A DNA stretch of 64,000 nucleotides, from assembly GCA_051003195.1 (NCBI GenBank), contig JBPCLP010000047.1:149745-213744 (forward strand), given 5' to 3'. The DNA is from Candidatus Sumerlaeaceae bacterium (GTDB lineage Bacteria > Sumerlaeota > Sumerlaeia > Sumerlaeales > Sumerlaeaceae). The stretch's first letter is position 1. Every line of letters starts with the position of its first letter. A program made the translations under genes and the position numbers. Under the pieces are notes generated by a model. That model ran no database searches and had not been told where the DNA came from. It was given only the letters and a program-made list of their open reading frames with translations. Shown piece by piece: positions 39,244 through 50,400 of the stretch.

Positions 39244-41220
39244 GTGAGCAATAGGATTCGATCTTTCAACCTTGTGATATTACTCTTTCTTAGTTCATCG
39301 GCGGTCGCCGGCTTGGGCACAATCACGCTTCGCTCACCCGGTGAGAAGCTCCAGTTGCAGTTTGCATTGGACGCTGACGGGCGGCCGACCTGGGCCGTTA
39401 CGTTTGAAGGAACGGAAATCCTCGCTCCATCACGACTTGGACTAACTCTCCTCAATGCACGTCCGCTGGAAAAGGGCTTTCAGATTGCAGATACAAAGTT
39501 CGCAAAACGCGACGCGACCTACACACTTCCTGTAGGCAAGACACGTCGAGCGCGCGACCATTATCGCGAACTCGCAGTCTCTTTGCAGGAATCTACCGGC
39601 TCACAGCGTAAGCTTCAGCTCGTGTTCCGTGCCTACGATGACGCCATCGCATTCCGGTATGTGCTGCCCGCCCAGCCCAACGTTAAAGACTTTAAAATTG
39701 CTGCGGAGAACACGGAGTTTCATTTCCCTGGGGACGCGGCCTGTTGGGCATTGCGGCTGAAGAGTTTCACGACCGCATACGAGTCGGAATATGAGCACAC
39801 ATCAGTGTCGCTCGTACAGCCAGGTGCATTTGTCGGGTTACCGTTTACAGTGCAGCAGCCGGGCGGTCCCACCGTGCTGCTGGCCGAGGCGCGGCTGAAG
39901 GACTGGGCTGGAATGTACCTGCACGGGACAACCACCGGTTCAACCACACTCGTTTCGCGCCTTTCACCTTCGCCTTCACAGCCATCTGTTTGCGTCCAGG
40001 CGACTGCGCCGCACTCCTCGCCATGGCGTGTCGTGCTCGTTGCCAGCCAGCCGGGAAAACTGATCGAATCGACCACTATCCTCAACCTCAACGATCCGTG
40101 CGCCATTGCCGATACCTCCTGGATCCGCCCCGGTAAAACCGCCTGGGATTGGTGGTCCGGCCCCGCTGCGCCCGGCGAAAAGTTTACCCCGGGTACCAAC
40201 AATGACACGATCAAACACTACATCGACTTCGCTTCCGAGATGGGGCTCGAATACATGCTCGTCGACGAGGGATGGTACGCCGACAAGAACTCGCGCAAGA
40301 AGAAGCAGTTCGATTTCGATCTGACCAAAACTGTTCCCGACATCGACCTTCCGATGCTCATCGAGTATGGCAGGATGCGCAACGTAGGCCTGATCCTCTG
40401 GATGCACTGGATCACGACATCCCGACAGATGGACACCGTATTCCCATACTTGGCCAAACTCGGAATTAAAGGCGTTAAAGTAGATTTCATGGACCGTGAC
40501 GACCAGGAGATGATCGACTTTTACCATCGCATCCTCTCCACCGCCGCGAAAAATCGGCTTCTCATCAACCTGCACGGCGCTTACAAGCCCACCGGTCTCA
40601 CGCGCACGTACCCGAACTACATTACACAGGAAGGCGTCATGGGCGCCGAATACAACAAGTGGAGCAAACGTGTCACTGCCACGCATAACCTCACCCTGCC
40701 GTTCACCCGGATGGTCCCCGGCCCGATGGATTACACTCCCGGCGGATTTAACAACGTCACTCCTCAGCAGTTCGAAAAGAAGTCCACCGAGCCAATGGTG
40801 ATGTCCACCCGCGCGCACCAGCTGGCGATGTTCGTAGTTTACGAAAGCCCATTGCAGATGGTATCAGATTTTCCAGGAGCGTACCGCGGCCAGCCCGGAG
40901 TAGAATTCCTGAAAGTTGTTCCGGCCAACTGGGACGAGACACGCGTGTTAGCGGGCGAGATCGGGCAATACATTGTTGTCGCGCGCCGGGCCGGCAAGCG
41001 CTGGTTTATCGGCGCGATGACGAACGAATCCAGCCGCAAGCTCTCTGTGCCCCTCGACTTCCTCGGCCGTAAATCCTGGCAGATTTCACAGTACATGGAT
41101 GGCGCGGACGCTGCCAGCAAACCTGTTTCAATCATCTCCAGTATGAAAAAAGTGAGAGCTGGCCAGGCACTCGAACTCGACATGGCACCTTCTGGCGGAT
41201 TCGCCGCAATACTCGAATAA
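39244..41220 (+). CDS. Glycoside hydrolase family 97 (alpha-glucosidase/alpha-galactosidase-like), secreted.
   Basis: The ORF track starts at TTG 39208. The likely start is the GTG at 39244, preceded by the SD ggagg at 39233-39237. It has a signal peptide. GH97 motifs: DFMDRDDQEMIDFYHRILSTAAKNRLLINLHGAYKPTGL...ITQEGVMGAEYNKW. Confidence 0.8.
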   Translation: MSNRIRSFNLVILLFLSSSAVAGLGTITLRSPGEKLQLQFALDADGRPTWAVTFEGTEILAPSRLGLTLLNARPLEKGFQIADTKFAKRDATYTLPVGKTRRARDHYRELAVSLQESTGSQRKLQLVFRAYDDAIAFRYVLPAQPNVKDFKIAAENTEFHFPGDAACWALRLKSFTTAYESEYEHTSVSLVQPGAFVGLPFTVQQPGGPTVLLAEARLKDWAGMYLHGTTTGSTTLVSRLSPSPSQPSVCVQATAPHSSPWRVVLVASQPGKLIESTTILNLNDPCAIADTSWIRPGKTAWDWWSGPAAPGEKFTPGTNNDTIKHYIDFASEMGLEYMLVDEGWYADKNSRKKKQFDFDLTKTVPDIDLPMLIEYGRMRNVGLILWMHWITTSRQMDTVFPYLAKLGIKGVKVDFMDRDDQEMIDFYHRILSTAAKNRLLINLHGAYKPTGLTRTYPNYITQEGVMGAEYNKWSKRVTATHNLTLPFTRMVPGPMDYTPGGFNNVTPQQFEKKSTEPMVMSTRAHQLAMFVVYESPLQMVSDFPGAYRGQPGVEFLKVVPANWDETRVLAGEIGQYIVVARRAGKRWFIGAMTNESSRKLSVPLDFLGRKSWQISQYMDGADAASKPVSIISSMKKVRAGQALELDMAPSGGFAAILE

Positions 41221-41281
41221 CGCCGTATTCTCAGCTTTCCGAAGACACCTGCTAACTGCTGACCGACCGAAAAGAAAACGG

Positions 41282-41323
41282 GATTGAGGCGTTGCAGCCT
41301 CAACCCCGTTCATGTTTTGGTTC
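41282..41323. terminator. Candidate bidirectional intrinsic terminator between the convergent GH97 and CARDB genes.
   Basis: Hairpin ttgaggc-gttgca-gcctcaa (41284-41303), followed by a T-rich stretch catgttttggttc on the + strand and an A-run on the other strand. Confidence 0.45.
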
Positions 41324-41336
41324 AGAAGTGTTTAAG

Positions 41337-42269
41337 CTAAGGTAAAATCCCGGTCCAAAGCGAGTTGTTCGTCTCGTCCAGTTCATTCAGGAAATCGCCT
41401 GAGTCTCCCACGACCAGGATTCTTCCGCCGCTCCACGAAACGCCAAATGGCGGCTTCACGTTGATCTTCTTCAACTTCGCCACACCCGGCAATAATTTCG
41501 AGACCTTGGTTCTCTTTAGCAGGTGAAAGTTGGACAGGGAATCCAGGAACCATACTTCCATATAGGACGGGATCGCCAGCACGTTGCCAACGTTTTGTGC
41601 ATTGACCTGGCCGAAGTATTTGCCTTTAGTGGAAAGCGTCAGGGGAATGGAAAACGACAGGGTGAGGTCCGGTCCACTCAGGGAGTCTTCGCCCGCGCGT
41701 TCCATAGGGACGTCACTCAAACTCAAGTCGTTTGCATTTGAGCGAGTGTAGTCGGGAAACACCAGCCCATCACGATAGATTTCAATCTTCCAGTCATAGG
41801 TATTGTGAATTCCGGACGTAATCGTGACGAAGTATGCATCAGCAGAACTTGTGTCCGTGATTGTGTGAACAGCAGTCGTTGCCGCCAGCGTCCAGGAACT
41901 GCTCGAAGATGGTTTCCAGTAAATTTTTTCAAACACGTCCAGTTCGCCCGAGCCGCCAGCTACATCGGGGTCCCACACAAGGTTGCCGGAACTGAAAAAT
42001 CCATCACTGTCCGTGTCTACTGTTGACGAAAAACTCGCATTGAAAATAGTCGCCGTCAGTGCGGTTGGCGTTATCTTTGTACTCGCCTTCGAAGCATTGT
42101 CGGCCTGCTCAGCAGAAATAACGTGCGCCTCACTGACGGTTGGACCTGCGGAAAGCTCAGGTGATGCAAAGGCGCCAGAACCTGTAAAGAGCAGGCCCGC
42201 CGAAAATGCGAGTGCCCAGTTTTTGCGGCACTCTGACGTGTCGCAAAGTAAGTCCTGAAAAAAGTTCAT
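41337..42269 (-). CDS. Secreted protein with a C-terminal CARDB-like domain (hypothetical).
   Basis: 310 aa. Signal peptide present. C-terminal region: GQVNAQNVGNVLAIPSYMEVWFL...VGDSGDFLNELDETNNSL (CARDB-like, ending ETNN). Confidence 0.5.
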   Translation of the reverse strand: MNFFQDLLCDTSECRKNWALAFSAGLLFTGSGAFASPELSAGPTVSEAHVISAEQADNASKASTKITPTALTATIFNASFSSTVDTDSDGFFSSGNLVWDPDVAGGSGELDVFEKIYWKPSSSSSWTLAATTAVHTITDTSSADAYFVTITSGIHNTYDWKIEIYRDGLVFPDYTRSNANDLSLSDVPMERAGEDSLSGPDLTLSFSIPLTLSTKGKYFGQVNAQNVGNVLAIPSYMEVWFLDSLSNFHLLKRTKVSKLLPGVAKLKKINVKPPFGVSWSGGRILVVGDSGDFLNELDETNNSLWTGILP

Positions 42270-42396
42270 GGTTCGTTCCTTTGTGTATTCGCGGTGGCGC
42301 CGGTGCTGTCATATTTGGAAGAGCATTGGTCCAGCTCCGGCCATCATCGAAATAAATGGCAGCGCCGAGGCAACTTGTCAACCTTGTTTCAGCCGG

Positions 42397-43332
42397 CTAG
42401 ACCACCAGCCGCGCATCGATGCTGACCGGCGGGAACTCCGTATGGGTACGCAGCCGGGCACAACGCGCTACAATTTCCTCATGCTGCAGATGTCCGATGC
42501 GTGCCAGCGAGAATTCCTCCACCGTGAAACTCGCCATGGTTGTCCCCACAATCACCGCTTGCCGGAATGTCGTTTCATCCAGGTTCCTGGCGCCTGCCAG
42601 GTAGCCGATAAACCCGCCCGCAAATGTATCACCCGCACCCGTAGGGTCTTTCACCTTTTCCAGCGGAAAAGCCGGGGCGACGAAGTAATCCTTTTCACTG
42701 AACATCAGGCAGCCATGCTCGCCCTTCTTGATGATGACGCGGCCTATGCCCATTTTCATCAGCTGGCGCGCCGCTTTTTGAAGGTTTGCCGTGTCGCACA
42801 ACTGCCGCGCCTCCGCATCATTTAAGAGCACCACATCGCATTGCTTAAGGACTTTGAGCAACGTCTCCTGCTTGCCTTCGATCCAGAAGTTCATCGTATC
42901 GGCCATGGCAAGTCGTGGCTTCTCCATCTGCGCCAGCACTTCGAGCTGCAGCTCCGGGTCGATGTTGCCAAGCATCACATACGGGTGCTTGCGTAAAGAG
43001 TCGGGGACCTTGGGCTGGAACTTCGCAAACACGTTTAGCGCCGTCTCAAGCGTATGCGCCTGGTTCATATCATACTCGTAATAGCCGCGCCACCGAAAGG
43101 TGCTGCCATTCGCATCGACTTCCAGGCCGTCTGTATCAATGCCGCGCGACTGCAACAGCTGGAAATGCTCCGGTGGGAAATCGCCGCCAACTACACCCAC
43201 AACCGCCACGTCCGCAAAATACGAGGCCGAAGTCGCTGCATAGGCACAGCTGCCACCTAATGCCTCTTTTACCTCACCAAAGGGCGTGCGCACATTGTCC
43301 AGCGCAACGCTTCCCACCACAAGAACTGACAT
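42397..43332 (-). CDS. PfkB-family carbohydrate kinase (ribokinase-like).
   Basis: 311 aa. DPTGAGDTFAGGF motif and an N-terminal GG dipeptide region. Confidence 0.75.
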   Translation of the reverse strand: MSVLVVGSVALDNVRTPFGEVKEALGGSCAYAATSASYFADVAVVGVVGGDFPPEHFQLLQSRGIDTDGLEVDANGSTFRWRGYYEYDMNQAHTLETALNVFAKFQPKVPDSLRKHPYVMLGNIDPELQLEVLAQMEKPRLAMADTMNFWIEGKQETLLKVLKQCDVVLLNDAEARQLCDTANLQKAARQLMKMGIGRVIIKKGEHGCLMFSEKDYFVAPAFPLEKVKDPTGAGDTFAGGFIGYLAGARNLDETTFRQAVIVGTTMASFTVEEFSLARIGHLQHEEIVARCARLRTHTEFPPVSIDARLVV

Positions 43333-43467
43333 CTATCCAGCTTCCTTTACGCACGACCGTAAATCCCGGTCCAGCATGTCGTCCAGAACTCAATACGCAT
43401 TGGACATGTCAATGCTTGGCGGCTTGGGGGCATTATGCTCGCTCCTATGCATGCATCAGAATTCCTA

Positions 43468-43481
43468 TTTAACCGGTTAAA
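43468..43481. promoter_or_regulatory. Perfect 14-bp palindrome tttaaccggttaaa in the AT-rich divergent region between PfkB and LacI; candidate LacI-family operator.
   Basis: Direct read. The spacer is about 380 bp at about 40% GC between divergent genes. A LacI-family regulator is encoded next door. Confidence 0.35.
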
Positions 43482-43752
43482 ATCTTTTACAATTCTAATC
43501 CTTTTCAAGTTCCTGCGCATTTAACGGACCGCTAATGGGTGAAACACATGGGCCCAAGTTAGCAGGATAGTAATCGCTAAGACCTGTATTGATAGTGGAG
43601 TCCGAATTTTATTTGGATATCGTAAGAACGTTCTTTGAAATCATTCTGATGTTTTTTTCGGTTGCATTGATAAAAAAATCAATTAGGCGGTAATCACCAC
43701 TAAATACTGCGCGTTGTGTTCAAAAAGAACCATTGCGTTCGGAGGAGTGTTT

Positions 43753-44814
43753 ATGCAGAAGCGACGCAGCCGCTACACCATCCGCGATATCGCCAGGATG
43801 GCCGGAGTCAGCAGGTCCACCGTTTCACTCGCCATCAATGATTCGCCACGCATTAATAAAGAAACCAGGAAACAGGTTATGCAGGTCATTGCGGAGACCG
43901 GCTATCGCCCAAACCACGCCGCGCGCAATCTCGCCAGCCGCACTTCTAGAACCATTCTCGTAATTCTGCCGGAAATGGACCAGGCATTCACCGACGGCTA
44001 CTTCTCCGAGAGCCTTAGTGGAATTCTCGATGCCGGGGCTGCTCACGATTATCACCTCATGATTCAATCCGCAACGGAGCTGTTTAAACGTGAAAACCGC
44101 CCGCTGAAGCTTTTCCGCCAGCACACCATCGACGCGGTATTACTCCTTGGGAATCTTCAAACCGACAATTACGTGCGCGAAATCGCGGAAAACGGCTGTC
44201 CGATCGTTCTGGTTAACGGCTGCTTCCCTGGAATCCCATCCATTGTCGGCGCTGCAGCTACCGCAGCATCCGACGCGGTAACCTACCTGCATTCACTCGG
44301 GCACTCGCGGATTGCGCACATCAGTGGAAACCCGGACATATGGGCCGTAAAGCAGCGGACGAACGGCTACCACACAGCGATCGAAACTCTGCAACTGGAC
44401 CGCGACGACACATTAGTGGCCCGCGGCAATTGCAGCGCGCGCAGCGGTTTCGAGGCCATGAAGCAGCTTCTTGCACGCGATAACCGACCCACCGCCGTGT
44501 TCTGCGCGACAGATATTCTGGCGCTTGGGGCTGTCGACGCGATACGGGAGTCCGGTCTCGCCGTGCCCCATGACATTGCGGTCTTCGGCGGAGATGACGC
44601 ACTCGCCGCGCGCTTTGTTTCGCCCCGCCTGTCCACCATTCAGCCATTGATGTATACGATAGGGGAGTCGGCGTGCGAACACCTCGTCCGATTCCTTGAA
44701 GGCAATTCCCCCCAATTGCTACAAATAGAGGTTCGCTTACCCCTGGCAGTCCGCCAGAGTTGTGGATCGCCCCTGTGCGATCAAAGAGCCAGCACTTTTG
44801 CAGAGGCAATATAG
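43753..44814 (+). CDS. LacI-family transcriptional regulator.
   Basis: Start at the ATG at 43753, after the SD ggagg at 43741-43745; the ORF track has 43714. N-terminal HTH: YTIRDIARMAGVSRSTVSLAIN. A periplasmic-binding-like sugar domain follows. Confidence 0.8.
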   Translation: MQKRRSRYTIRDIARMAGVSRSTVSLAINDSPRINKETRKQVMQVIAETGYRPNHAARNLASRTSRTILVILPEMDQAFTDGYFSESLSGILDAGAAHDYHLMIQSATELFKRENRPLKLFRQHTIDAVLLLGNLQTDNYVREIAENGCPIVLVNGCFPGIPSIVGAAATAASDAVTYLHSLGHSRIAHISGNPDIWAVKQRTNGYHTAIETLQLDRDDTLVARGNCSARSGFEAMKQLLARDNRPTAVFCATDILALGAVDAIRESGLAVPHDIAVFGGDDALAARFVSPRLSTIQPLMYTIGESACEHLVRFLEGNSPQLLQIEVRLPLAVRQSCGSPLCDQRASTFAEAI

Positions 44815-44927
44815 TATGCCGAAGTTCATAGCTATACTTCAGGAAGCTTTCTAGCTCGGACGGCACACAAAACCAGTGAACGAATTAATGCGACAGGACT
44901 CATTAGGTTGCGCATAATTCAGTTCAG

Positions 44928-45054
44928 TTTTTTTGCACCGAAGGTGCAGCGGAACATAGCCCAGGGTCAGGATTCCGGCTTTTTGGAATCCGCAGCCCTG
45001 GGTTTCACCATCCCATTTTTCGCGCCCTGAAGGGGTGCCGGAAACCGAAAATAT
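44928..45054 (-). repeat. Dispersed copy of the family-1 structured repeat (reverse orientation). It is preceded by a family-2 fragment at 44855-44905.
   Basis: tttttttgcaccgaaggtgcagcggaacatagcccagggtcaggattccggctttttggaatccgcagccctgggtttcaccatcccatttttcgcgccctgaaggggtgccggaaaccgaaa is close to the reverse complement of one X-Y unit. Confidence 0.85.
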
Positions 45055-45217
45055 GGTACTAATTCTGGAACACCACCAGAGCGCACACTTTTAAGGTATT
45101 CAACTCTGCAGATTCGTTTGACACGAGCTAACGCTGCAGGTTAAACACCAGTTTGCCCATGCACGCGAGATCATCATCACGACTGCCACGCCTATGTGAA
45201 GCGGCGCCGTTGGCGGG

Positions 45218-46726
45218 ATGCACAATGCTGTGAATATAGACCCGCTGCCCGGCGCAAAAAAGCAGGCCCCGTACGTCGCGTCGGAATTAAACGAACTCAA
45301 CCTGGACGCCGCCACCGCCGGCTTTGATATCACCACGCCCCTACACTCCTGGCGGGTAAACTCGCAGGCGCCCGACCGACTCGTTACTGGGCTCGCCCCC
45401 GGCACTTTGTTAAAGGGAGCGAAATACGAGTTCATACTCAAACGGGTACTCGGCACAGGCGGTATGGGCGCAGTCTACCTCGCCGACTCTCAGCTTCCGC
45501 CACAATCCGCAGCGCCCGCATTGCCGCGCGAAGTTGCCGTTAAGGTGTTCCGCAACGAATGGGGCACCAACCCTGGGGAACTCCTCAAGCGCGAGCTCTC
45601 CGCTTTGCGCGCGCTCCGTCATGATCGCATCCCAACTCTCTTCGACTGGAACACACAGGGCCAGACGCCGTTCGTCGCCTGCCGATACTACCCCGCCGGC
45701 AGTTTGTCCGATGAAATTTCCCGCATTGGTCATCTGCCACTTCCTGCGGTGTGGCGTCTGCTGGAAGACCTTCTCGTCGCGTTGTCCGCCGCGCATCGGG
45801 CCGCTGTCCTGCACCTCGACGTAAAACCCGGCAATGTTCTGTGCGACACTGACGGCGGATACCTGCTCGCGGACTTCGGCATCAGCCAGGGTTTCCTTGT
45901 CTCCAAAGCGGTGCTGCCAACCGGCCTCGGCGCGCCCGTCTTCCAATCCCCCGAACAGCGGCGTGCCGACAGCGACGCTTTTGACGAACGAACCGATTTA
46001 TGGGGCGCGGGAATTACAGTCTGGACTGCTCTCACCGGCGCGCATCCATTGGATCTGCGTAACCTGATCAATGCCTGCGCGGGTGGTACACACGGTCTGC
46101 CGCCCCCCAGCGTATTGCGCGACGACTGCCCCGCCTCGCTCGAAGAAGCACTCATGCCGCTGCTCGCGCTTGATCCGGATCAACGCCCTGGCAGCGCTGC
46201 TGAAGCACTCGCTCGCGTTCATGCGTCCAACCCAACGAGCTCGCAGTTTGGCACGGGCACTCCATCCCCGCTTCGCCCTGCCGACAGCGCCGTGCGACGT
46301 TCCGTATTCGGCACCATGATGGATCCTCTCTGGCGGGCCATCTGCCGCAGCGGCGAACTCGACGACCGCCTTGTCCACTTTCGACCCGGTGATTTGTTGT
46401 GCGGCGAGGGCGCCGACAGCTATCGTACATTCGTGCTTTTGCGCGGCAGCGTGCGCATCGAGCGCGAAGGCAAACAGTTGCAGCAGGAAGAACGAGAAGG
46501 CGTTTTCCTCGGCGAAGTCACTTCGCTCATCGGTGCACCGCGCACCGCCACCATGATCGCAATTACAGATGTCTGGGCACTTGCGTTCAATCCCGCCCAG
46601 CTCGAAAAATTCGTCACACGCAATCCTGCCGTCGCCATTCGTCTCATGAAAGTTCTGGCGGAGCGACTCCATCGCGAGGTGCAGCTTAACCTTGCCGCTG
46701 GCGTCAACTCCGTGGCCAACACATGA
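45218..46726 (+). CDS. Ser/Thr protein kinase with a C-terminal cyclic-nucleotide-binding (cNMP) domain.
   Basis: 502 aa. Kinase motifs: VLGTGGMGAVY, AVKVF, HLDVKPGNVL, DFGIS. C-terminal CAP-family cNMP domain: FRPGDLLCGEGADSYRTFVLLRGSVRIE...GEVTSLIGAPRTATMIAITD. Confidence 0.75.
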   Translation: MHNAVNIDPLPGAKKQAPYVASELNELNLDAATAGFDITTPLHSWRVNSQAPDRLVTGLAPGTLLKGAKYEFILKRVLGTGGMGAVYLADSQLPPQSAAPALPREVAVKVFRNEWGTNPGELLKRELSALRALRHDRIPTLFDWNTQGQTPFVACRYYPAGSLSDEISRIGHLPLPAVWRLLEDLLVALSAAHRAAVLHLDVKPGNVLCDTDGGYLLADFGISQGFLVSKAVLPTGLGAPVFQSPEQRRADSDAFDERTDLWGAGITVWTALTGAHPLDLRNLINACAGGTHGLPPPSVLRDDCPASLEEALMPLLALDPDQRPGSAAEALARVHASNPTSSQFGTGTPSPLRPADSAVRRSVFGTMMDPLWRAICRSGELDDRLVHFRPGDLLCGEGADSYRTFVLLRGSVRIEREGKQLQQEEREGVFLGEVTSLIGAPRTATMIAITDVWALAFNPAQLEKFVTRNPAVAIRLMKVLAERLHREVQLNLAAGVNSVANT

Positions 46727-47334
46727 GCTCCTCGGCTGCTCCGCTCATTTATCTTTCGGACTACGATCCCAAATGGCCGCAGTTGTTTGACTCAGAAGCG
46801 GCTGAAATCGCAACCGCGCTTTCCGTCCCTGCCGGCGCGGTCCACCACATCGGCAGCACCGCTGTGCCCGATCTCCGCAGCAAGCCTCTCATCGATCTGC
46901 TGGTCACCGTTCCCGATGTGAAGAGCCGCGACGAGTATTTACGCATTCTCGGGCCGCTCGGCTACGACTACCGCGAAGTGCACGATCCCGGACGCCTCTT
47001 CTTCGAAAAGCGTCGGCCCTTTCGATACCATCTTCACGTGGTCGAGCAGGACGGCTGGCACTACTGGCGGCTCGTACTGTTTCGGGATCGGCTTCGACGC
47101 GATCCGCTCACCGCGGCCGCGTACGTGGAGCTCAAGCGACGCCTTGCCGACCAGCATCCCGATAACCGCGATCTCTACAGCGGTGGTAAATCCCTCTTTG
47201 TTACGCGAACAGTCCAGGCCGAGCTAAAGCGCTATCCCGAATTGCTGGCGCGGCTGCGCGCTTCCGGCGCCCCGGTCGACGTTATCTTCCAGCACAAACG
47301 CGACCCCGACACCGAATCCTTCCCCATGACCTGA
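46723..47334 (+). CDS. GrpB-family protein (UPF0157, nucleotidyltransferase-like).
   Basis: 203 aa. DYDPKWPQLFDSEAAEI...HIGSTAVPDL is characteristic of GrpB. The start overlaps the kinase stop by 4 nt. Confidence 0.7.
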   Translation: MSSSAAPLIYLSDYDPKWPQLFDSEAAEIATALSVPAGAVHHIGSTAVPDLRSKPLIDLLVTVPDVKSRDEYLRILGPLGYDYREVHDPGRLFFEKRRPFRYHLHVVEQDGWHYWRLVLFRDRLRRDPLTAAAYVELKRRLADQHPDNRDLYSGGKSLFVTRTVQAELKRYPELLARLRASGAPVDVIFQHKRDPDTESFPMT

Positions 47335-47340
47335 CTCCTG

Positions 47341-47435
47341 GTGTGCCGAATCAGAAGTTCCTATCCAGTTAGAGCGCGGAAGATGAGCTCAATTCGACAC
47401 ACAAAATCAGTGAACGAATTAATGGGACACCAGAC
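47341..47435. repeat. REP-like hairpin element (family 2), copy C, between the convergent grpB-like and cyclase genes.
   Basis: gtgccgaatcagaagttc...aattcgacacacaaaatcagtgaacgaattaatggg. The 5' arm is identical to copies A and B. The 3' arm is imperfect. Confidence 0.65.
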
Positions 47436-47446
47436 CAGCGCACCAC

Positions 47447-50400
47447 TTACTTCAGATTTTGAATCAGCGCACGAGTCCTGCCCTGCTCGGGAACGTTGTT
47501 CTGTTTGCGCGCCGCGTCCAGTGCCAGCGCTGCCGCCACTTTAGCCTTGGCCGGGTCGTTGGTGCGCGCGTGATGCTGCGCCGTCAACCGCAGCAGCCGC
47601 GGGCGCTCCGCCTCGTAGCCGAACAATTGCAGCGAACGCTCCGCCTTTGCCAGCCGCTTGGCCAGCCCGTTCCCCGGCTTTTCAACAATCGCCGCCTCAA
47701 TATCCACCAGCTCCAGCGAGAACATCCGCTCCGCGTCGCCCAGTTCCTCTGCCACCCGGTTGGCCTGCTTTACCAGCTTGCGGCACTCCCCCGGATTATG
47801 CAGGATCAGGTTACTAAGCGCCAGGTTCTCCAGCGCGATGGCAGCGCTGCGGCGGTCCTCGATTTTCTCCGCAATTTCATACGCCGCCGCACTGTGCCTC
47901 ATCGCATCCACTCCATGCTGCTGCGATAAAAACAGGTTCGCAAGGTTCGCATGTGTCGCCGTCAAAACCTGCTGGTACTGTAACCGTTCCGCCAGCGCCA
48001 GTGCCTCACGGTAGTGTTTTTCCGCAGCTTCAGAATTGCCCAGGTTTTCCTCAAGAATTCCAAGGTTCATCACCGTCGCACAAATCAGGAACTTATCGCC
48101 CGTGATCTGCTGGAATCGCAGCGCCTCCCTCAGCAGCCCCGCTGCCTTCTTCAGCTCTCCCGCTTTCCACTCCACCAGCGCAAGGTTGTTGCGCACCGCG
48201 GCGGCGATGCTCGGATGACCCTCGGATAAATCCACCTCCAGCGCCGTTTCGAACAGCTCACGCGCTTTGCCAAAATCACCGCGGCTCCACCAGCAAAGCC
48301 CCAGCCCCTGCACAAGGTCGGCAATCACATCCACATCGCCATGCTTGCGCGCCATCGGCAATGCCGTCTCGAACTCTTTCTGCGCCCGGTCATACTCACC
48401 TGTCATCTGCAGCGCCAGCCCCGCCTCCAGGCGTATGCGGCTCAGCAGCCGGTTATCGCGCGATTTCCCCAGCGCATCCAGCGCCGAGGCCAGGCTTTCC
48501 AGCGCCCGCCGCGGTTCCCCCGACAGCCGCTGCAGTTTCGCCCGCGCGCGCAGGATCGTCGCCACCACCTTGCGATTCTCCGGCGTCGGTGCCAGCCGGT
48601 GCAACCGCTTCAGCGCCTCCTCATAATGCTCCATCGCATCCGGTATCGCACCCATCCCGCTGGCCTGGTCGCCGCTCATTCTCAGGTAAGGTATCGAACG
48701 CGCATCGTCTTCCGCCTGCGTCCAGTGGTACGCCAGCACCGGCGCATAAGGCGCAAGCCGGTCCGCGTATTTCCTCTCCAGCTCCGTCGCGATAAACGTG
48801 TGCAGTTCCCGACGCTGACGCACCAGCAGCGTGCGGTAGCTCACTTCCCGGGTGATATGGTGCAGGAAGAAAAACTCCAGCCCCGTCACGGTAATGTTAT
48901 CGTCCAGCAGTTGCAGCGTCTTCAGCGAATACAGCCGCGCCAGCAATCCCTCCTGGATAAAATTGAAAAACTCGATAAACTCCAGCGAGAACCGCTTGCC
49001 CAGCACCGCCGCGCATTGCAGCACCAGCTTGCGCCGCTCGTCCAGCGAGTCGATCCGCGACTGCAGTATCTCCAGCAGGCTCGGCGGAACCAGTTCGCCC
49101 GCCGACGTGCTCGGGTTTTCCGGGTCGAACTCCGCGTACATCGACGCCGGTTTGATCCCTTCTGCGATCGCCCGCGCCGCATTGCGCGCAAGCTCCATCA
49201 TATAGAACGGGTTGCCAGCCTCCTGGTGAATCAGCCGCTCCCGCACCTCCGGCAAGATATCCTGCAAATCAGCCAGGGCGCCAAACAGCGCCCGCCGACT
49301 TCGCAGGTCCAGCCCCCGCAGCCGCACCCGTTCCAGCGCCCGCATCTGCGCAATGTCCGTGCTCTCCTCATTGCGATACGCCACCATGAAAAACGTCTTC
49401 TTCGGCGGCGACGCCAGCAGCGCGTTCAACGCCTCCGTGCTCGTACGATCGCTCCATTGCAGATCGTCCAGGATCAGCACCAGCGCCGTTGCGCGCCCCG
49501 CTATCCGTTCCAGCAATGCGCGCAGCTCCGTGCGCAACAGCCGTTGCGCCGCCAGCGGCGGAAGCGCCTGGATATTATCCAGCGCCCGCGGATCACCCAG
49601 CATCGCCAGGATCGGCGTCGCATCCACCCGCGAATACCCCAGCCTCTCCAGCGCACGCTCCACCCGCTTCCAGTCACTCTCGCCCGGGTTGCGCGCTGCG
49701 CCCTCCAGCAGCGACGACAGCACACCGCGCCACAGCTCCCACGGAACCTTCGCGCTGTACGGCGCGCCCTCCACATGCCCAATCACCGCGCCCGCCTGCC
49801 GCTGCGCAAACTCCAGCGCCAGCCGCGTCTTGCCAATTCCCGGCTCGCCCTCCAGCACCACCCCGCACACCCGGCGCTCGCTCTCTCCGCCCGACACCCG
49901 CTCATACGTCGCCACGTCGCTGCCGCGGCCATCAAAGCAGCGCACCCACACATCCGTCAGCTTCTGCAGCTCGCGCTCGCGACCCACAAACGGCACCGAG
50001 AAATCCCGACGCTGTGCCTCCGGCCCCCTCGCCGACAGCACCTCGTAAACCATCACCTTCTTCGCGATATTCTTAAACTCGTGCATCCCGGACTTCTTGC
50101 ACTTGAACAGCTCGCGCACGATATCATACGTTTCCGGCCCGATCATAAGCGCGCCCGGTTTCGCCACCCCCTTGATGCGTGCCGCCAGGTTCACCGCGTT
50201 GCCAAATACCTTGTAAATGGGTGGCGTACGCGTCCGAATCACCGAGCTCAGCACGACCCCCGTCTCAATGCCTGCCGACGCCTTCACCCGGTGCCCGTGC
50301 ATTTCCGGCATCGCCTTGATCCGTTCCAGGATCGCCAGCGCCGCGCGCACCGCGCTCTCCGCGTCCCGCTCATACGCCATCGGCGCGCCAAACACCGCAA

